A stretch of DNA of 64,000 bases, taken from NCBI GenBank assembly GCA_963702835.1, contig OY969762.1:1838626-1902625 (forward strand). Reading direction: 5' to 3'. The translations under genes were made by a program, and so were the position numbers. The number at the start of each line of letters is the position of its first letter. Within the stretch, counting starts at the first letter, position 1. This DNA comes from Candidatus Aminicenantes bacterium. Lineage in GTDB: Bacteria; Acidobacteriota; Aminicenantia; Aminicenantales; JAFGAV01. Of the stretch, positions 8,387 through 19,590 are shown piece after piece. The notes beneath the pieces were generated by a model. It was not told the origin of the DNA. It searched no databases and saw nothing but the letters and a program-made list of their open reading frames with translations.

Positions 8387-10504
8387 ATGGCTGGGGGCGG
8401 GGGGGATTTGACCATGGAAAGCGGCCCTAGAAGAGAAAGGCGCCCATCGGTTTTTCTCATCCTGATTTTAACAGCTCTGGCTGCGGGCATCATCATAGCC
8501 GGGTATTCTTATTACAGGAATTACGCCAAGAATTACCAAATCGCAGTTGAGCATCAGTTATCGGCCATTGCGGAGCTGAAGGTGGGCGAGCTCGCTCAGT
8601 GGAGAAAAGAGCGTTTGGGGGATGCCGCCGTCTTCTACGGAAATGCCGCCTTTTCCGCTCTGGTCCGGCGCTATTTCGAAAAGCCCACCGACACGGAAGC
8701 GTCAGGACAGCTTCGTTCGTGGCTGCGGCAAGGCCAGGAGCCACTACGGTATGATCGGATCTTCCTGCTCGATGCTCAAGGTGTCGCGCGGATGGCTATC
8801 CCCGACACGCCCGAGCCGGTCGCGGCCCACCTATTAAAAGATGCTCCAGAAATTATTCGGTCGGGTCGGATGAGTTTCTTGGATTTCCACAGGGATGCTC
8901 CGGATCAGCCTGTCCACCTAGCGATCCTGGTTCCCATTATCGGCGGAGGAACGGACCGCCGGGGGGTGGGAATCCTCGTCCTGAGGATCGATCCCCGGAC
9001 CTATCTCTATCCCCTTATCAGCCGCTGGCCGACGCCCAGCCGGACGGCCGAGACCCTGCTCGTCCGCCGGGAAGGAAATGATGCTCTGTATTTGAATGAA
9101 CTCAAGTTTAAAAAAAACACCGCCCTCAAGCTTCGTATTCCGCTTGACAAAAAAGAAGTGCCCGCGGTGAAAGCGGTTCTGGGACAGGAAGGGATCGTAG
9201 AAGGCAAAGACTACCGGGGAGTGCCGGTGCTGGCCGACCTTCGCGCCATCCCAGATTCTCCCTGGTTTCTGGTAGCCCGCCTGGATAGGGCCGAAATCCA
9301 TGCGTCGCTGAGAGAAAGACTCTGGCTGACAATCATTTTCGTGGGAGCCCTGCTCCTCGGCGCGAGCACGGCTGTCGGCTTCATCTGGAGGCGGCAACGC
9401 CTCCGGCTTTACCAGGAGAGATATAATGGGGCGGAATCAGTGCGTGCCTTATCCTCTCGCCAGGAGGACATCCTGGCCGCCGTCCCAGACATCATCATGG
9501 AAGTGGACAACAACAAAGTGTACACCTGGGCCAACCAGGCGGGCTTGGAGTTCTTCGGCGAGGAGGTGATCGGCCGAGAAGCCTCTTTCTACTTTGAAGG
9601 CGAACAAGAGACCTATGACCTGGTCCAGCCTCTTTTCAACGGGAATAAAGACATGATTTATGTGGAAAGCTGTCAGCGCCGCAAGGATGGACAAAAGCGG
9701 CTGCTCGCCTGGTGGTACCGCGTGCTCAAGGATGAGCGGGGAAACGTCAGGGGGGTACTCTCTTCGGCGCGCGACATCACCGAGCGCCAGCTGGCCGAGG
9801 AAGACCTCAAGCGCGCCCTGGCCGACCTGGAACGCTCAAACAAGGAATTGGAGCAGTTCGCCTACGTTGCCTCCCACGACCTCCAGGAGCCCCTGCGCAT
9901 GGTGGCAAGCTACACGCAGCTTTTAGCCGAGCGTTACGAAGGCCAGCTCGACGATAAGGCCAAAAAGTACATTGATTACGCGGTGGACGGTGCGGTCCGC
10001 ATGCAGAGGCTCATCAACGACCTCTTGACCTACTCGCGCATCGGAACAAGGGGCAACCCGCTAGAGCCCACGGACGCACATTCAGCCCTGGGCGAGGCCA
10101 TCAAGAACCTCGCCGCCACGATAGAGGAGAACCGGGCGATCATCACCAATGACGAGCTGCCGACGGTGCGCGCCGACGCGTCCCAGCTTTTGCAGGTCTT
10201 CCAGAACCTCATCGCCAACGCCATCAAGTTCCGTAGAAAAGACATCCCGCGCGTCCATGTGTCCGCCCAAGACCATGGCCACGAGTGGGTCTTCTCCGTC
10301 CGGGACAACGGCATCGGCATCGATCCGCAGTACGCGGACAGGGTCTTCCTGATTTTCCAGCGCCTGCACACAAGGCAGGAGTACCCCGGCACCGGCATCG
10401 GCCTGGCTGTATGCAAGAGGATATTGGAGCGCCACGGCGGCAGGATATGGTTTGAATCCGAGCCGGGAAAAGGCTCGACGTTCTTCTTTGCGATTCCGAA
10501 GTAG
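8387..10504 (+). CDS. sensor histidine kinase: N-terminal TM, extracytoplasmic sensor region, second TM, PAS, HisKA, HATPase_c
   Basis: The H-box is FAYVASHDLQEPLRM. The ATPase G-boxes are DNGIGID and GTGIGLAVCKRILERHGGRIWFESEPGKGSTF. The ATG at 8414 is an alternative start. Confidence 0.85.
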   Translation: MAGGGGDLTMESGPRRERRPSVFLILILTALAAGIIIAGYSYYRNYAKNYQIAVEHQLSAIAELKVGELAQWRKERLGDAAVFYGNAAFSALVRRYFEKPTDTEASGQLRSWLRQGQEPLRYDRIFLLDAQGVARMAIPDTPEPVAAHLLKDAPEIIRSGRMSFLDFHRDAPDQPVHLAILVPIIGGGTDRRGVGILVLRIDPRTYLYPLISRWPTPSRTAETLLVRREGNDALYLNELKFKKNTALKLRIPLDKKEVPAVKAVLGQEGIVEGKDYRGVPVLADLRAIPDSPWFLVARLDRAEIHASLRERLWLTIIFVGALLLGASTAVGFIWRRQRLRLYQERYNGAESVRALSSRQEDILAAVPDIIMEVDNNKVYTWANQAGLEFFGEEVIGREASFYFEGEQETYDLVQPLFNGNKDMIYVESCQRRKDGQKRLLAWWYRVLKDERGNVRGVLSSARDITERQLAEEDLKRALADLERSNKELEQFAYVASHDLQEPLRMVASYTQLLAERYEGQLDDKAKKYIDYAVDGAVRMQRLINDLLTYSRIGTRGNPLEPTDAHSALGEAIKNLAATIEENRAIITNDELPTVRADASQLLQVFQNLIANAIKFRRKDIPRVHVSAQDHGHEWVFSVRDNGIGIDPQYADRVFLIFQRLHTRQEYPGTGIGLAVCKRILERHGGRIWFESEPGKGSTFFFAIPK

Positions 10505-10522
10505 GAAAAGGAGGTGGCATCC

Positions 10523-10981
10523 ATGGACGTCTCAAAACTTGTTAAACCAATTGAAATTCTCCTGGTTGAGGACAACCCCGGGGACGTGGACTTGACCAGG
10601 GAGGCCATGAAGAACAACAAGATGCATGTCACGATGCACGTCGTCGGCGACGGCGTCGAGGCAATGGTTTTCCTCCGGCGCACGGGGAAATACGCCAACG
10701 CCCCGCGTCCGGACCTCGTGCTTCTGGATCTCAACCTGCCCAAGAAGGATGGGAAGGAAGTCCTGGCCGAGATAAAGGCGGACCAAGACCTGAAGCGTAT
10801 TCCGGTCGTGATCCTGACCAATTCCGAGGACGAAGAGGACATACTCAAGAGCTACAACCTCCATGTGAATTGCCACATCACCAAGCCGATCGACCTGAGC
10901 CAGTTCGTCAAGGTTGTGAAATCCATTGAGGATTTTTGGCTCACCATAGTCAAGCTCCCGCCGAACGGATCAAAAAAATGA
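10523..10981 (+). CDS. single-domain response regulator (CheY-like receiver)
   Basis: The receiver motifs are [20 protein letters not shown] and ITKP. The preferred start is ATG 10523 after an AAAGGAGGTGG SD. The ORF track starts at GTG 10514. Confidence 0.85.
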   Translation: MDVSKLVKPIEILLVEDNPGDVDLTREAMKNNKMHVTMHVVGDGVEAMVFLRRTGKYANAPRPDLVLLDLNLPKKDGKEVLAEIKADQDLKRIPVVILTNSEDEEDILKSYNLHVNCHITKPIDLSQFVKVVKSIEDFWLTIVKLPPNGSKK

Positions 10982-13860
10982 CCGAGAGACTGCGGGTCCT
11001 CTTCGTTGAGGACAACTCGGCCGACATCGACTTGATCGGGGAGATGCTGCCCGAGACAGGGCCGGTAAGTTTCCGGTTGGAGTCCGTGTCGCGGCTTTCC
11101 GAGGCTTTCAGCCGGCTGGAAAGCGGAGACATCGATCTCGTCCTGCTTGACCTCGGCCTGCCCGACAGCCATGGGCTTCAAACCTTCCGCAAGCTGCGGG
11201 AAGCGGCGCCCGACATCCCGATGGTCGTGTTGACAGGAAATACAGATCAGGAAACGGCCATTGCCGCGATGAGGGAGGGCGCCCAGGATTATTTTATCAA
11301 GGGTGAGGTCAGTGGAAGTCGGCTAGCGCGTGCGGCGAGGTACGCCGTGGAGCGCCAGCGGGCCGAGGAGGCGTTACGGAAATCCGAACGGCAATGGCGA
11401 AATACGTTCGATGCCATCAATGACTCTGTTTGTCTGCTTGATTCTGAAGGCCGGATTGTTAAACATAATCACGCCACGGAGGCTTTCTTGGGAAGGCCCG
11501 GCAGCGAGATAGACGGCCGCTATTGCTACGATGTTATCCATGGCGCTTCTAAGCCCATTGTAAACTGTCCCGTCGTTCGTATCAAGAGTACTAAACATAG
11601 AGAAAGTTTGGTTCTCGAACTCAAGGGGCGCTTTCTTAAGGTCACGGTTGATCCCGTTCTAGATGACAATCGGAAGCTTGTCGGGGCTGTCCATATTATT
11701 GAAGACATCACCGACAGCAAGCAAGCCGAGGAGGCGCTGCGCAAGAGCAAGGGGCACCTGACAAGCATTCTGCACTCAACCGCCGACGGAATTTTAGCCG
11801 TCGACAAAAAGGGCAAAGTCCTCTTTGCCAATTCGCGTTTCAGTGAATTATGGCGTATCCCCCGGGAACTGCTGGAACGAGGAGACGACAAGGCCCTGCT
11901 GGCCTATGTCTTCGATCAGCTGGCCGACCCCGTGGCTTTTATGACCAAAGTTCAAGAGCTTTATGATTCCGGAAAGGAAGAAACAAGCATTATATCGTTC
12001 AAGGATGCCCGGGTTTTCGAGCGATTTTCCAGTCCCATGGTCGAGAAGGGGGAAATAATCGGCAGAATTTGGTCATTCCGCGACATCACCGAGCGAAAAA
12101 AAACACTTCGGGCTTTACAAGAAAGCGAAGAAAGATTCCGTATCAGCGCCACCAGCAGCAGTGATTTGATATGGGACTGGGATGTAGGGCAGGGCAAACT
12201 GGATTGGTTCGGCAACATCGACGAAATACTTGGCTATGCCGCCGGCGAATTCCCCAGGACAATTGAAGCCTGGGAAAAAGCGATCCATCCTGAAGATCAC
12301 GATAGAGTCATGGCTACGCTAGAGAAACACTTGAAAAGTCAGACTCCTTATTTTGAAGAATACCGCATGATGCGGAAAGACGGGAGTTTTTGCTACTGGA
12401 CAGACTGCGGCACTGCCATGCGGGATGAAAAGGGAAATGTCTATAGAATGATCGGGTCCTGTAGCGACATCACCGAGCGCAAGCGGGCGGAGGAAGCGCT
12501 GCGACGAACGGAAGAGAACTTCCGCCGCTCTCTGGATGAGTCCCCGCTGGGCGTCCGCATCGTCACCGCCGAGGGGGAGACCCTCTATGCCAACCGGGCT
12601 ATGCTGGATATTTACGGCTTCGATAGCATCGAGGAACTGGAGGCAACGCCCGTAAAGACGCGCTATACTCCGGAGAGCTATGCCCAGTTCCTGAAAAGAA
12701 AGGAACAAAGAGATCGAGGCGAGCTTGACATCTCTGAATATGATATCAGCATCATCAGGAAAAACGGCGAAGTCCGCCATCTCCGGGTCTTCCGCAAGGA
12801 AGTGCTATGGGACGGCGAAAAACATTATCAGGCCATCTACCTGGACATCACCGACCGCCAGCGGGCGGAGGAGGCGCTGGGGGAGAGCGAAAGGAAACTA
12901 AAGACCCTTTTCGAGATATTACCGGTGGGCATCTCTATTCTCGACACAGAACGAAAGATCGTCTATGGGAATCCTGCCCTGGCAACGATTTTGGACATTC
13001 CCGGGGAAGGTCTATTCAGGGGAAATTACGCCAGGCGAACATACCTCAGGCCGGATGGGACGCCCATGCCGGCCGAAGAGTTTGCCAGCACACGGGCGAT
13101 CAGAGAGCAAAGAGCGGTTCACGACGTTGAGACCGGCGTCGTGAAGGAGGATGACACTGTTATCTGGACTAATGTGAGCGCAGTCCCCGTTGCATTTCCA
13201 GATTGGAAGGTGGTCATCGTCACTTCTGACATTACCGAGCGCCGGGAGGCTCAGGAAAAACTGAAGGAAACGCTGGGTAAGCTGCAATTGTCCCTCGGGG
13301 GGATCATCCAGGTCATATCCCGGATAGTGGAAATGAGAGATTCTTACACGGCCGGGCATCAGAGGCGAGTGACAGCTCTGAGCAAGGCCATCGCCCTGGA
13401 GATGGGGCTGGCCGAGGACCGAGTGGAAGGGTTGGTTATGGCCGGGGAAATTCACGACCTGGGCAAGATATTTGTGCCCACTGAAATCTTGAGCAAACCC
13501 ACCCCCCTGACGGAATTTGAATTCCAGTTGATCCGGAATCATCCCCGGGCGGGCTATGACATCTTTAAGAAAATTGATTTTCCCTGGCCTATCGCCGAGA
13601 TCATCCTCCAGCACCACGAACGAATAGACGGGTCCGGATATCCCCAGGGGCTGAGGGGAGCGGTTATTCTCCTGGAAGCCCGGATCCTGGCCGTGGCGGA
13701 TATCGTAGAGGCCGTCGCTTCTGACCGGCCTTACCGGGCCGCTTTGGGGATCGAGGCAGGCCTAGAGGAAATCGAGCAGAAAAAAGGGATTCTTTATGAC
13801 CCCGAGGTGGTGAAAGCTTGTTTGACTCTATTCCGGGAAAAAGGGTTTACTTTTCAATAG
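10978..13860 (+). CDS. response-regulator receiver / multi-PAS / HD-GYP c-di-GMP phosphodiesterase
   Basis: The N-terminal REC has [12 protein letters not shown] and [11 protein letters not shown]. There are about five PAS/PAC repeats, each preceded by DITERK/DITDRQ-type linkers. The C-terminal HD-GYP has EIHDLGKI and [11 protein letters not shown]. The start ATG overlaps the upstream stop (ATGA). Confidence 0.85.
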   Translation: MTERLRVLFVEDNSADIDLIGEMLPETGPVSFRLESVSRLSEAFSRLESGDIDLVLLDLGLPDSHGLQTFRKLREAAPDIPMVVLTGNTDQETAIAAMREGAQDYFIKGEVSGSRLARAARYAVERQRAEEALRKSERQWRNTFDAINDSVCLLDSEGRIVKHNHATEAFLGRPGSEIDGRYCYDVIHGASKPIVNCPVVRIKSTKHRESLVLELKGRFLKVTVDPVLDDNRKLVGAVHIIEDITDSKQAEEALRKSKGHLTSILHSTADGILAVDKKGKVLFANSRFSELWRIPRELLERGDDKALLAYVFDQLADPVAFMTKVQELYDSGKEETSIISFKDARVFERFSSPMVEKGEIIGRIWSFRDITERKKTLRALQESEERFRISATSSSDLIWDWDVGQGKLDWFGNIDEILGYAAGEFPRTIEAWEKAIHPEDHDRVMATLEKHLKSQTPYFEEYRMMRKDGSFCYWTDCGTAMRDEKGNVYRMIGSCSDITERKRAEEALRRTEENFRRSLDESPLGVRIVTAEGETLYANRAMLDIYGFDSIEELEATPVKTRYTPESYAQFLKRKEQRDRGELDISEYDISIIRKNGEVRHLRVFRKEVLWDGEKHYQAIYLDITDRQRAEEALGESERKLKTLFEILPVGISILDTERKIVYGNPALATILDIPGEGLFRGNYARRTYLRPDGTPMPAEEFASTRAIREQRAVHDVETGVVKEDDTVIWTNVSAVPVAFPDWKVVIVTSDITERREAQEKLKETLGKLQLSLGGIIQVISRIVEMRDSYTAGHQRRVTALSKAIALEMGLAEDRVEGLVMAGEIHDLGKIFVPTEILSKPTPLTEFEFQLIRNHPRAGYDIFKKIDFPWPIAEIILQHHERIDGSGYPQGLRGAVILLEARILAVADIVEAVASDRPYRAALGIEAGLEEIEQKKGILYDPEVVKACLTLFREKGFTFQ

Positions 13861-13910
13861 CCGGCCTCTCTGGCGAGGGCTGAGACTAAAGCGGCCCGTA
13901 CCCGTAGGCC

Positions 13911-14795
13911 CTAGAACCTCAAGGTCAAGCCCAGGTTCAGGGCGAACCCGCTGAAATCCACGACGGCTTTCCTAACGTTGAGAAAGGCCGGGCCGGAGGG
14001 TTGTTCATCCAGGACGTCGACGACAGAGAAGACGGCCCCCTCGGCCAGCTTATAATCGATGAGATAAAGAGTGCCTTCTTGGAGGATCGCCCCTCCCTCG
14101 CTCGAGGTACGCTCCAGGCTTCCGGAAAAATTCGAGATGCGGGCAAAGCGGGCCTGGCCTTCCAGGAAGACCGCTGCCCATCGGTTCAGCCTGAGCTCGA
14201 AGCCGACCCCGCCTTGATAGCCCAGCCCGGCGGACTTCAGCTTATAGCGATCCTTCTCCCAGTAGCCGTTCCAATCCCTTGCATATTCCGCTTCAACCCT
14301 GACCAGGTAATATGCGGCGCCGGCCTGGAGCCGGATTTCCAGGCGGTCAGTGAGGGGAAGAAGACAATGAAGGCCGGCCCGCAGCGGCACGGCCCAGGCC
14401 CGGACTTTGATCTCATGGCTCGAGGGAACAACATCGTTTGATGGAAAATGGCTTTGAGAACTGACCGAGGCGCTGATAGAACCGGCTCCCAATCCCAGGG
14501 ACAGCCAGGGGCCGAGAGGAATCAGGAGGTCGGCCCCGGCCTCGATTCCCCAACGGGCGCCGTCGAAGTCGCCCCCCGGTGGGAGGCCATTAAGCTCCGC
14601 CGTATGGTTCCACAGGTCGAGCCAGCCGGCCAGGCCCCGATTGAGATCGCTCGGCTGAAGGGTGCTCAAGCCGCCATAAAAACGCAAGCTCAACGATTCC
14701 CTTGAATCAGGCTGGGATTGACCCTCCACTGATAGAAACGAGGATAAAGCCAAAAGAAAGAAAGCAATTAATATAGGTTTTATTATCCTTCTCAT
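13911..14795 (-). CDS. outer-membrane β-barrel protein, unknown function (paralog of 14959-15804)
   Basis: It has a signal peptide and alternating amphipathic strands. The C-terminal signature is ...ALNLGLTLRF, with a terminal Phe. It shares FYGGL and VDFSGF motifs with the neighbouring gene. Confidence 0.6.
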   Translation of the reverse strand: MRRIIKPILIAFFLLALSSFLSVEGQSQPDSRESLSLRFYGGLSTLQPSDLNRGLAGWLDLWNHTAELNGLPPGGDFDGARWGIEAGADLLIPLGPWLSLGLGAGSISASVSSQSHFPSNDVVPSSHEIKVRAWAVPLRAGLHCLLPLTDRLEIRLQAGAAYYLVRVEAEYARDWNGYWEKDRYKLKSAGLGYQGGVGFELRLNRWAAVFLEGQARFARISNFSGSLERTSSEGGAILQEGTLYLIDYKLAEGAVFSVVDVLDEQPSGPAFLNVRKAVVDFSGFALNLGLTLRF

Positions 14796-14877
14796 TCAGT
14801 TTGCTTTTTAAGCTATACTCAGAACTATTTTTTTGTCAATTGCATAAGGGTGAAGAAGCAGCCACTTCAAAGAAAAC

Positions 14878-14933
14878 TCAAAAAAAAGGGCATCTCTTTG
14901 CCCCTTGCTCAGGGGAAAGAGATGCCCCCTCTC
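14878..14933 (-). terminator. rho-independent terminator downstream of the β-barrel gene at 14959-15804
   Basis: On the minus strand there is a ~16-bp stem (GGCATCTCTTTCCCCT / AGGGGCAAAGAGATGCC) followed by T8. Confidence 0.55.
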
Positions 14934-14958
14934 GGCGAATCAGCTCTGCTTCAAACGA

Positions 14959-15804
14959 TCAGAAGTGGATGACGAGACCGGCGAAAAAGGTGAAACCGCT
15001 GAAATCGACACTGGCCAGGCGACCTCCGGCAGGCATTGTGTCTTCGACAATGACATAGGTTCTGCTGCTGGCATCATAAGCATAAAGCTTGCCATTAACC
15101 GTGAAATTCAATGCCGGAATCGTCGGGAATATCCAATCCACGGACCCCTCGAAATTGCTGAAGCTGGCATACCGACCCTTCAGCTCGGCGACAATCCCGA
15201 TCATGGGAGAGAGTCCAAATTCCAGCCCGAGTCCGCCGTGAAAGCCCAGGCCGCCGCCCGTGGTTTTGGTCTCGTTTGTTATCGGCGCGAGGAACCAGAA
15301 ATCATGCTTTATGTCGGCCGTGGCCAGGTAGTATCCCAGGCCGAGGTCAAAGAAAAACTTCAGGCTGCCGCCCGAGGGGAGGAAGTAATAAAACGAGAGG
15401 GTAATGGGGATGGCGCTGACCTTTGGCTCCCAAGCAAAGAAAATGCCGGTTGGAAGAGCCGGGGTGGTTTTCAGGGTTGTGGAGCTAGAGGCCTGGATAT
15501 ACCCGACACCCAAACCCACGCCCATACTGGGTGAAAATTGGAATATAAATTCTCCCCCAAAGTTCATACCCAAATTGGCGGCCGCGAATTTGTTGCTGAC
15601 AGAGTAACCCGACCCCTCCACGAAATCAGTCCAATCCGATCCGTATCCCTCCGCGGCTTTGCTGAGTTCTCCGCCACTCAGGTAGTTCAACCCGCCGTAG
15701 AACTTGAAGGCAAAACGGCTCGTGTCATACTGGGCACTGGCCGCGGTCGGCAGAACAAAGAACAAGAGAAGAACGATTGCACACGCACTTAAGAGTTTTT
15801 TCAT
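14959..15804 (-). CDS. outer-membrane β-barrel protein, unknown function (paralog of 13911-14795)
   Basis: It has a signal peptide ending ...TAASAQ and a C-terminal ...FFAGLVIHF. It shares FYGGLNYL and VDFSGF motifs with its neighbour. Confidence 0.6.
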   Translation of the reverse strand: MKKLLSACAIVLLLFFVLPTAASAQYDTSRFAFKFYGGLNYLSGGELSKAAEGYGSDWTDFVEGSGYSVSNKFAAANLGMNFGGEFIFQFSPSMGVGLGVGYIQASSSTTLKTTPALPTGIFFAWEPKVSAIPITLSFYYFLPSGGSLKFFFDLGLGYYLATADIKHDFWFLAPITNETKTTGGGLGFHGGLGLEFGLSPMIGIVAELKGRYASFSNFEGSVDWIFPTIPALNFTVNGKLYAYDASSRTYVIVEDTMPAGGRLASVDFSGFTFFAGLVIHF

Positions 15805-15883
15805 GGGACCTCCTATTCAATGAACCCGATGATAATATAAAGTTGCTTCTTTGTCAACTTTCTTTTGTTGATCTAGAAAAGAG

Positions 15884-15956
<73 letters not shown>

Positions 15957-16081
15957 CTTCGGGGCCTTGGACAAGAGCAGATAGACATTAAAGGAATCCC
16001 CTTGGCCTGTCAAGAAATTGGGCCCGCTCCGCTTCCCAAGAACGCCCCAATCGATTACAATAGCACGTCCCCTATCCGAAC

Positions 16082-19000
16082 ATGAGCGGCTCGACCATAA
16101 AGAAACTCGAAATCCAGGGCTTCAAGTCCTTTCCCGAACGGACCAAAGTCCTTTTTCACTCCGGCATCACGGCCATCGTCGGCCCCAACGGCACGGGCAA
16201 GAGCAACATCGTGGATGCCTTGCTGTGGGTCCTGGGCGGCCAGCGGCCCCGCTCGCTGCGGGGGGAAAAGATCGACAACATCATCTTCAACGGCAATATC
16301 AAAAAGGCCCCCCTGGGCATGGCCGATGTGACCATCAGCCTGAATGATCCCCAAGAAGAACTGGTGGTCAGCCATCGCGCCTTCCGCTCGGGCGAAAGCG
16401 AATACCGGCTGAACGGCAAGCTTGTCCGGCTTAAGGACATCCAGGACGAGCTGTGGAAGAGGTCCATCGGCGAAAAGGAATATTTCGTCATCGAGCAGGG
16501 CACCATCGGACAGTTCGTCACCTCCAAGCCGGCTGAGAAACGGCTCCTCCTGGAGGAAGCGGCCGGCACGGCCTTCTATAAGGACAAAAAACGCCAGGCC
16601 GAGAACAAGCTGGAAACCTCTGAGCAGAACCTGGTCCGTTTGGAGGATATCATCGAGGAGATCGGCCGGGCCAAGAATTCGCTCCAGCGCCAGGCCCAGG
16701 CGGCCAACCGCTACCGCAAGATCCGGGAACGCGTTAGGGAGCTGACCGCGCTCCACTACCGCCGCAAGCTCTTCCAGCTCGAGCACAGCCAGGCCGAGGC
16801 CTCCGGCCAGTTCCACGATTTCACCGTCCGGGAAAAGGAAGCGCTGGCCCGGCTGGCTGCTGAAGAAAAGGAGCTGGCCCGGACCCGCCGTGAGTTTTGG
16901 GATTTGGAGAAGGCCCTCAAGCTTGACCAAGAGGCGCTCTTCGGCCTGCGGGCCCAGGTCACCCGCCTGGAGAGCGAGGCCGGCTCCGAGCAGAAGAGGC
17001 TAGGCTTTTTCGAGGAGAGACGGAGCCGCGCCCGCCGGGACATCGAAGAAAGGCAGCAGGAGCTGGAGCAGCAGAATAAAGAAGAAACAGAGTCCGCTGG
17101 ACAGGCTGAAGCCCTGGGCCGCGAACTGGCCCGGAATAAAGAGGAAGGAGAGGCGGCCGAGCTCAAGATGAAGGATCTCCAGACGCGGCTGGAGGGCGGG
17201 ACCCGCGAGCTTGAAGAAATGCGCCGCCGGCATCTGGAGGTCATGTCCGCACTGACCGGTCATAAAAACGACCAGGCCAAGCTGGAAAAAGAAAAAGAGC
17301 TCATTCTCCGCCAAGAGACGAAGCTCAGCGAAAGACTGACCTCGGCCCGGGTCCGGTTTGAGGAGCTGGAGGCCCGGGTCCGGCAGGGCCAGGTGGAAAA
17401 GGATAGCCTTAGCGAGCGGATCCAATCGGCCGAACAGGAGACCGCGGGCGCCGGCTCCCAGCGGGAGGCCTGCCGGCGGGAGGCAGAAGCCCTACAGGCT
17501 GAAGCGGAGAGGCTCAAAGCGCAAAAGAACGAAGCCTCCTTCCATCTCCAGGCGCTCAAAAAGCTCCTCGAAACCCGGCCGAGCCCGGAGTCCGGACTTC
17601 TGCCGGACGGCTCCCCCGGCCGGCTGGCCGACTTGATCGAGACGGATTCGGAGACGGCCGGCCTGCTCGACATCTTGTGGAAGGAGGAGGCCGGAGCCCC
17701 CGTTTTATCGGCCGAGGACCTGCTGAAGGACCTGGAGGCCAGAGGGCTCCGGGGAAGATTCCTGCTCCTCCCCTCTTCATCTGACCAAGAAAAACGCCAT
17801 CCCTCCTCAGACGAGCCCGAAGTGCTGGGCCGACTCAAGCTGCGGCTCAAGGTCCGGCCGGACGTCTCGGGCCGGCTGACCCGCCTCCCTGACGCGGCCC
17901 TCGTCCGCGATCTGAAGACAGCCGTCTCCCTGTGGCTCCGTCACCCGGAAGGCGCCTATCTGACTCTCGGCGGCGACCTCCTCACTCCTTCCGGGCTTCT
18001 GCGCGCCGGATCCAAAGAAGAAGGAGCCTTTACCCTCCACCGAGAGGCGCGGGGACTCCAGGAAAATTTGGAACGCCTGGAGCAAGAGCTGTCACCCGTC
18101 CTGGCCCGTTTGAAAGAAAAACAGAAGGAGCAGCTCCGGCTCGAGGATAGGCTGGCCGCCTGCCGGTCGGAGCTGGAAGAGCTCGGCCGGAGGATCCAGG
18201 AGGCCGAGCGCCGGAAAATGCTCGACCAGGCTGAGAAGGAAAAGGCCGGAGACGACCTGGCCCTTTTAGAAAAAGAAATGGCCATCCTGCTCAGCGACAG
18301 GCAGAGCCTTGAGCCGCGGGTCATGGACATCGGCCGGCGGGTGACCGCTTTGGACGAGGGGGACGGCTCTCTCAAAATCAAGATAGAAAGCGGAGAGAAC
18401 GGCCTCCGGCTCTCCCGCCAGCAGAGCGGCCAGGCCGAGAAGCTTTTTTTTGAAATACAGGGAAGCCGCCGGGTCCTCCAAGAAAAGCTCCGCAGCCTTG
18501 AGCGCCAATCCCAGAGCCTCGGCCTGAGGCGGGAAGCGACCCGGACCAGGATCCTGGCCGCCGAGGAGGAGATCCGCTCCTCGAACGATGAGGAAACCCG
18601 CAGCCGGGAAAACACCCGGCGCCTGGAAGCCGAAGCAGCCGAGCGAGAATCCGAGCGCCTGGAAAAAGAAAACAGGGTCGGCCAGGAGGAAATAAAGCTG
18701 GCTGAGCTCCGCAAGCAGCAGGAACAGCTCGAAGAGCGGGCCAGCGGCCTGCGCCGGGCGGTGGAAGCGCTCCAGGAGGATCGGGTCAAGAAAGAAGTCG
18801 GCAAAGCCGAGGTCGAACGCGACCTGATCAACCTGGAGGAGACCTGCTGGCAGGAACTCAAGAAAACCCTGGCCGAGATCAAGGTTGAAATCCCGGCCGA
18901 GAGGCTGGGCGGCTCGGAGGTCGAGGAGGAGCTGGAACAGGGCAAGGAGGACCTCCTTAAATACAAGGCCGTCAACCTCATGGCCGAGGACGAGTACCAG

Positions 19001-19587
19001 GCCCAGAAGGAGCGCTTCGACTTCCTGGTCAAGCAGCGCGACGACCTGCGGGCTTCAATCTCCGACACCAAGGAGGCCATCCACAAGATCGACGTGGAGA
19101 GCGAAACCATGTTCCTGACCGCGCTGGCCGAGGTCAATCGGAACTTCCAGCAGGTCTTCAACCTCCTCTTCAACGGGGGCACGGCCGAAGTCAAGCTGAC
19201 CGAGCCGGAGTCGCCCATGGATAGCGGGGTGGACATCGCCGCCCAGCCTCCCGGCAAGAAGTTGCAGAGCCTGACCTTGCTCAGCGGGGGGAGAAAAGCC
19301 TGACCAGCCTGGCCTTTCTGTTCGCCCTCTTCCGCTACAGGCCCACTCCCTTCTGCCTGCTGGACGAGGTGGACGCCGCCCTGGATGAGGTCAACCTGGC
19401 CCGCTTCCTGGAATTGATGAAAAAACTCAAAACCGAGACCCAATTCATCATCGTCACCCACAACTACAAAACCATGGAAGTGGCCGATTACATCTATGGC
19501 ACGACCATGTCCGAACCCAACATCACCAGTCTCTATTCGGTGAAGCTGGAAAAGAAAGAAGAGGCCCTTCAGGCCAAGGACTCCTAG
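16082..19587 (+). CDS. smc: chromosome segregation protein SMC; apparent -1/+1 frameshift in a G6 run at 19286-19291
   Basis: The Walker A is GPNGTGKSN, followed by the long coiled coil and hinge. The ORF stops at 19303 just after the LSGG signature. The downstream frame (ORF 19369-19587, open back to ~19296) encodes ...EKSLTSLAFLFALFRYRPTPFCLLDEVDAALDEVN (Walker B/D-loop) and the C-terminus. A seventh G would restore LSGGEKSLTSLA. Confidence 0.85.
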
Positions 19588-19590
19588 CCT

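Noticed and set aside
10030-10848. 272-aa minus-strand ORF spanning the histidine-kinase / response-regulator junction
   Set aside because: It is antisense to two well-supported genes. It has no recognisable motifs.
17956-19461. 501-aa minus-strand ORF overlapping smc
   Set aside because: It is antisense to a well-supported SMC coding region. The product is Ser/Arg/Ala-rich and low-complexity with no motifs. This is a typical long spurious ORF in high-GC DNA.
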